Of a stretch of DNA of 64,000 nucleotides, positions 59,050-64,000 are shown piece by piece; the first letter of the stretch is position 1, and each line of letters opens with the position of its first letter. The notes below the pieces were generated by a model. That model did no database searches. It was given only the letters and a program-made list of their open reading frames with translations, and was not told where the DNA came from. Made by a program: the position numbers and the translations under genes. Source of the DNA: Eledone cirrhosa (lineage: Eukaryota); assembly GCA_964016885.1 (NCBI GenBank), contig OZ024740.1:198958001-199022000 (forward strand), read 5' to 3'.

Positions 59050-60300
59050 TTCAAAATCAAGGAGAGAGCTATCTCTGCACTCTTAACTGGATGGTATATA
59101 TCAGCAGTACCCCGTAAAATATATATTGAAAGTATTGTGGAAGAGCACACACAGTGAAACCCACTGCATCCGTCATTCCTACATTCTCAGTTGAAAAAAA
59201 GCTCTTCTCAATTTTGCCGAGATCCATGGCTCTCTAAGATAGAGTTAACCAGAGATGTCGATGACTACTGACACCAACAAGAAATTGTCAAGCAAAGTCT
59301 GGTATTTGGATAATCTCCTCTCTTCTGCCTTTTGGGGTTTAGTGGCATATGAGTTTTGTCACTGAGGGGATTAGGTTAACACCCAATATCACAATATATC
59401 GTGTCCCAGATGAGTGATTCTGCCTCGTCGGGCAGTTTGGTTGCTTATACCGGTGAGCTTTTACAAATTTATGGAAGAGATCTATAACTGATGGGATTGT
59501 ACCTATGTGTTCCAATGTGTTTACCTGACTTTGTTTACCGGTCCTAAAATAAAACATTCTATCGGGATTTGCACGAGGTTTGAATGCAAATATAACGTAT
59601 GGCCATCTAGCCCACATTACACTATTTTTTGTTAATTTATTTTTCTTTGTTATATAAACGTAGCATTGCAAAATGAATAAACTATCGTTTTTCAAACTTA
59701 GGGGTTCAGTGTTTGGTTTCACTGCCTGGCATCTTAGAGAGAATTTTCTTTTTTAACATATTCGAGCCAGTATTTGTGAGAGGAAATCTTTTGCTGGAAA
59801 CTATTAAAGGTCCCTTAGAGGGTCTGTACATGTAATTCAATGGGTCGTTCTTGTCAGCTAGTTTCTTACGCCAAATCCCCTACAGAGTTACGTTAAAGAG
59901 ATGCGTGTATGGGGAATATTCAGCCGGTCATGTGTAAATCTAATGAATATGCCATTCCATTACCCTAACATACAAAAACCACGAATGTCTATTTACCTTA
60001 CTAACTTTGTTCTTTTGTGTTAGTTAAAATGATTGCAAGATCTCCCACTTTTCTTTTATTTTGTATGAAATCTTGAGGATGATAGTCCTAAAGCATCAAT
60101 ATGTGTCGTCTGTCTTCCTGCTGTTACATTTTCAATTTGTTTTAATATATCTAATATTGCTTCAACAGTCTTTATGGTAGCTCTCATATTTAAAGTGTCT
60201 GCTGACTTTAGAGGAATCCAATCTAGTTGTTAATTATGATTTTATTCTCATAAATTTTTATTACATTTTATGACGGAATATAATTTGATGTTATCACGAA
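59050..60300 (-). mobile_element. Possible hAT-superfamily (hATm-like) transposase relic interrupted by a SINE
   Basis: Minus-strand relics ADT...TVEAIL, RRHILML (compare CRHHILEL) and WARWPYVIFAFK (compare HARW..KAIY.LK), in the expected order; very decayed. Confidence 0.3.
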
Positions 60301-60743
60301 AAGGCAATTGAGAAAAAACAAACATATCTATTATAGATAATGATTACAGAGAAAAAAATATTTGTTTATCTGTTATCAAGAGAATTTATATTGATATATG
60401 AATTTAATGCACTTGTGTGATGTTTAATTTATTTTCACAGACTTATGGCTAGCTTGGTCTGTTATGTTTTCCCATTTAAGTAAACACGTAGTCCTGAGAC
60501 TATACGTGTATGAGTGAATTAAATTTAGGTGTAATCATTTTACCTAATTACAGATTAGGTATTATCAAAATCACAATAGAGACACGGCTCCATATTTATT
60601 GTACGTTAAGTCGCAGACATACATGAGATAGTAAAGGACTGAGTTGTAAACCATTGTATGATGGATAGCTCCAGAGTTCTTGTCAGAATTATTCCGTATA
60701 TATGTAATAATGTAATAATGTTATGAATCCATATATATATAAT

Positions 60744-60810
<67 letters not shown>

Positions 60811-60884
60811 TGTGTGTGTGTGTATATATATTAATGACAGGAGGCCGAACTGGTGGAATTCCTTCAAAGTTTTATTGTTGCAAA

Positions 60885-61430
60885 CACCATCCCTGTACTC
60901 CACCTGTTTGCTGTCAGGTGGAGTACATGGCTTTGATAAGTACCAATCAGTACGAAACAGAGATTTTGTCAGCTTTATCTCCCCTGTTTGCTGAAAATTT
61001 AAAGTAAGTGAGACTGTCACTACTCTAAAACAATAGCGTAAGGACTTCGATATGATTTTAAATAAGCATAGAGTGTATTGCAAAATACAATATATATACA
61101 TTCATTTATATATCGCTATTTCAGAGCACCAATTCTAATTTTCAATTTCTGCTTGACCGGCAACCGCTCTGTATAATCAGTTCCTGATTATTACTAGAAT
61201 TCTATAAGAATCAAACTTTCATGATTTTCAGCAAACAGGTGGAGTCCTTGGTTTTGATAAGTTCCATTCAGTACGAAACAGAGCGCGGTCAGCTTTATCT
61301 CCCTTGTTTGCTGAAAATTAAAAGTAAGTGAGACTTACACTACTCTAAAAAAATAGCGTAAGGTCTTCGAAATGGTTTTAATTAAGCATACAGTGTATTG
61401 CAAAATACACTATATATACATTTATATATA
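60885..61430 (+). mobile_element. Tandem hammerhead repeat, 321-bp unit, about 1.6 copies
   Basis: TTGATAA at 60933 and 61254; short inverted start gtactccacctg/caggtggagtac. Confidence 0.85.
60929..60974 (+). ncRNA. Type I hammerhead ribozyme, U3-A8 variant
   Basis: gct TTGATAA gtac caatca gtac GAAACAGA gat TTTGTC agc. Confidence 0.75.
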
Positions 61431-62509
61431 TATATATACATATATACACACATATGCATACTAGTGGAAGTAATTTCCTTTGCAAAACTCACATTCTATA
61501 CTCTTTATTATACAATTTTGATTTCAGAATATTTCTGGTGTTTTTGTCAATGCGAATATTTCGAGCCGAGTTCTCACATTTTACGAAGTGCAAAACAATG
61601 TGGCTAAAAATATCTTTCTTCTCTTCTTGCGGCATTATTTTATATACATATTATAATTATAATTTATAAATACAAGTCATGTTTTTCTTTTTTTTTTTCA
61701 TACATAATATTCTTATTGTAAAGTAGTGTTTATATGTTCCTTCAGCATTCTCTTCAATGTAAATCTTATTAGCCAGGTTTTCACAAAAAAATAATTAAAT
61801 TATATTTTCTTTACTTGCAATAAAGTCGGGGTAATTGTTCTTTATTCATAATTAATCCCTCATTAAACACATTATCCAATTTCTGTTTATTTGTTATCCT
61901 CAATGATTCCTTTACTTGATTAAAATATTATTGCTTTCACGTCTATATAAATTGTTGTTTTAATATTTTACGTGGAATCTCACACCATCCACCTCACTCT
62001 GTGCGTCCTCCTACCACACTATTTAGATTCCATACATTATACATTCTTTTCGATCACATAAAGTATTTGAACTATATTAGGTGGTAATTGGCGTAGAAAA
62101 GAAAGAATAATCAGACAGTCCGAGAAAAATGTTACTGGAAATAAAAACAAAATAACGTATTCTTTGGAATTTCTCAAATACACATTTAATGGTAAGGCAA
62201 ACAGCCACACATTTTAAATTGCAGAGAATAGTTTCTGAATTATCGAGTGACAAAGATAATAAGACAAAATCAATATGTTAGATGAAGTAAAGAAGAATGT
62301 GGGGCTGTAAATCAAAAAGAAAAAAAACAGTAGGGAGGCCACAGAAATTAAGAATACAAGTAACTCATAAATAATCAAATGAATAATAAGATTAAAAAAG
62401 GAAAGAACGAAATTTAGAGAAATATCTAGAGATGTAATTGCGAAACGGATTGATGAAAGTGGTATTCGTACAGCACAAAACAAAAATTCAAATACTATTC
62501 AAAATAAGT

Positions 62510-62670
62510 GTTTCTACTTTAGGCACAAGGCCAGCAAATACCCAGTGCATTACTGGTACTCTATTTGATCGACCCCGTAAGGATGAAAGCGGGATTTGAA
62601 CTCAGATCGTAAAGAGACGTAACTATGCTGGAAAGCATGGCGTCCGACCCTCTACCGATACTGCCAATCC
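62510..62670 (-). mobile_element. tRNA-derived SINE
   Basis: Same family as 32000. Confidence 0.85.
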
Positions 62671-63611
62671 AGTTTCAAAATAATATTCAAAATAATATTC
62701 ATCAAAATAATAATCTAAAAATTCAAAACAGAACTGTCAGTAATTGTGAGTTTATGAATATTACTTGCTAATTTTGAAATGTCAAATATTGGTCAGCAGA
62801 GTATCACTAAGACGATCAATTCAACAATTGCTCTGGAAATACATTGTCTTACCAAAGAGAAACAGCTTCATATCATTCTAATATAATGAGTAAACTAAGA
62901 ATTAACACTTTTTGCTTTAACGTGGGCTTCGAATATCTGATTATGTTGGACATGGATCTACTTTCAAATTTAAATATGTCATCACGCGTGAAATATAAAC
63001 TATATTCGAGTGTTTTTGTGTTTTGTGTATGTGTATGTATATGTGTGTGTTTATGTTCCTTAAATATGACTAAATTGAACAGAAGCCACACTGATTCAAT
63101 ACCTATATTGCCATATTTTCAACCATTATTTATTTTGAGTGATCTTCTATTGATATTGAACGGAATTTGAATTATGGTCTATTCATACAGAAAGTTCCAA
63201 TGTCTAGCTAAGGTTTATCTATTTGAGTTCAGGAGACGCCGAGTGAAATTTGAAAACTGAATCCGAAGCGTTCGGCGTATATTTGACTACAGAAAATAGT
63301 ATAATACCAGACCATATCAGCCCCGATAACGATAAAAATGATATCAGCATGCACTTTTACGCCAACGTAAGTTGATACACTTTTTTGTGTAAGGTCTATA
63401 AATAAAATACCAATAAAATGCTGTGTTCAGCACCTATCTTCCTCCTTCGCTACCTACACCATCTTTCTCTTTCTTTCGCTCTTTCTCTCATAATAGGAGA
63501 TTTTGCCCTGAGACAACACATCCATCATAAAACACACACACACACACACACACACATACACCCCACCCCACCCCCACCCCCACAAACACACATATATATA
63601 TATATATTTAT

Positions 63612-63820
63612 ATATTTAATTAGAAAGTGAACAACACAATATATAACTACTCCATTACCAAAGGTTTCAGGACCCTAGACAATATTGATATACGTCTAGG
63701 GCCCTGAAACCTTTGGTAATGGAGTAATTATATATTGTGTTGTTCACCTTCTAACTAAATAGCTCTGTTCTATACATAGAGCACTCTTTTTTCCTTTGCT
63801 TTTTCTTCGGAAATATTTAA

Positions 63821-63825
<5 letters not shown>
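63612..63825. mobile_element. Fold-back insert containing the 3' half of a hammerhead, plus tail
   Basis: Arms at 63612-63680 / 63694-63760; ccct GAAAC ctttg GTA atggag; tail contains ACATAGAGCACTCTTT. Confidence 0.8.
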
Positions 63826-63872
<47 letters not shown>

Positions 63873-63882
63873 CGATCTTTCG

Positions 63883-63943
<61 letters not shown>

Positions 63944-64000
63944 TACCGATAATATTGCTTTATGCTGAACTCCATATCTTTTGTTCAGTTTTTTTTTTCG

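Overview
AT-rich eukaryotic non-coding DNA saturated with (TA)n, (CA)n and (AAT)n microsatellites and retroelements. The SINE sequences resemble ones I recall from octopod cephalopods, but that is inference from memory, not a search. No intact host gene is recognisable, and most ORFs in the track are microsatellite artefacts. Recognisable elements: three Tx1/L1-clade LINE copies (two seated in (TTA)n), four stacked R4/Dong RLE 3' fragments in (AAT)n, CR1 and RTE fragments (one with a twin-priming-type inversion), several Penelope-like elements (one Naiad-like RT plus GIY-YIG), tRNA-derived SINEs, a 53/54-bp minisatellite and a possible hAT remnant. The main unexplained pattern is a dense set of about 20 fold-back (palindromic) inserts from roughly 10 unrelated sequence families. 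Nearly all sit in (TA)n, and most carry a type I hammerhead ribozyme and an extra one-sided 3' tail. The hammerheads include U3-A8 compensatory and U4C core variants. Some families also occur as tandem retrozyme-like arrays, and one forms a 4.4-kb nested inverted repeat. All folds and alignments were done by eye, so coordinates of degenerate elements are approximate.
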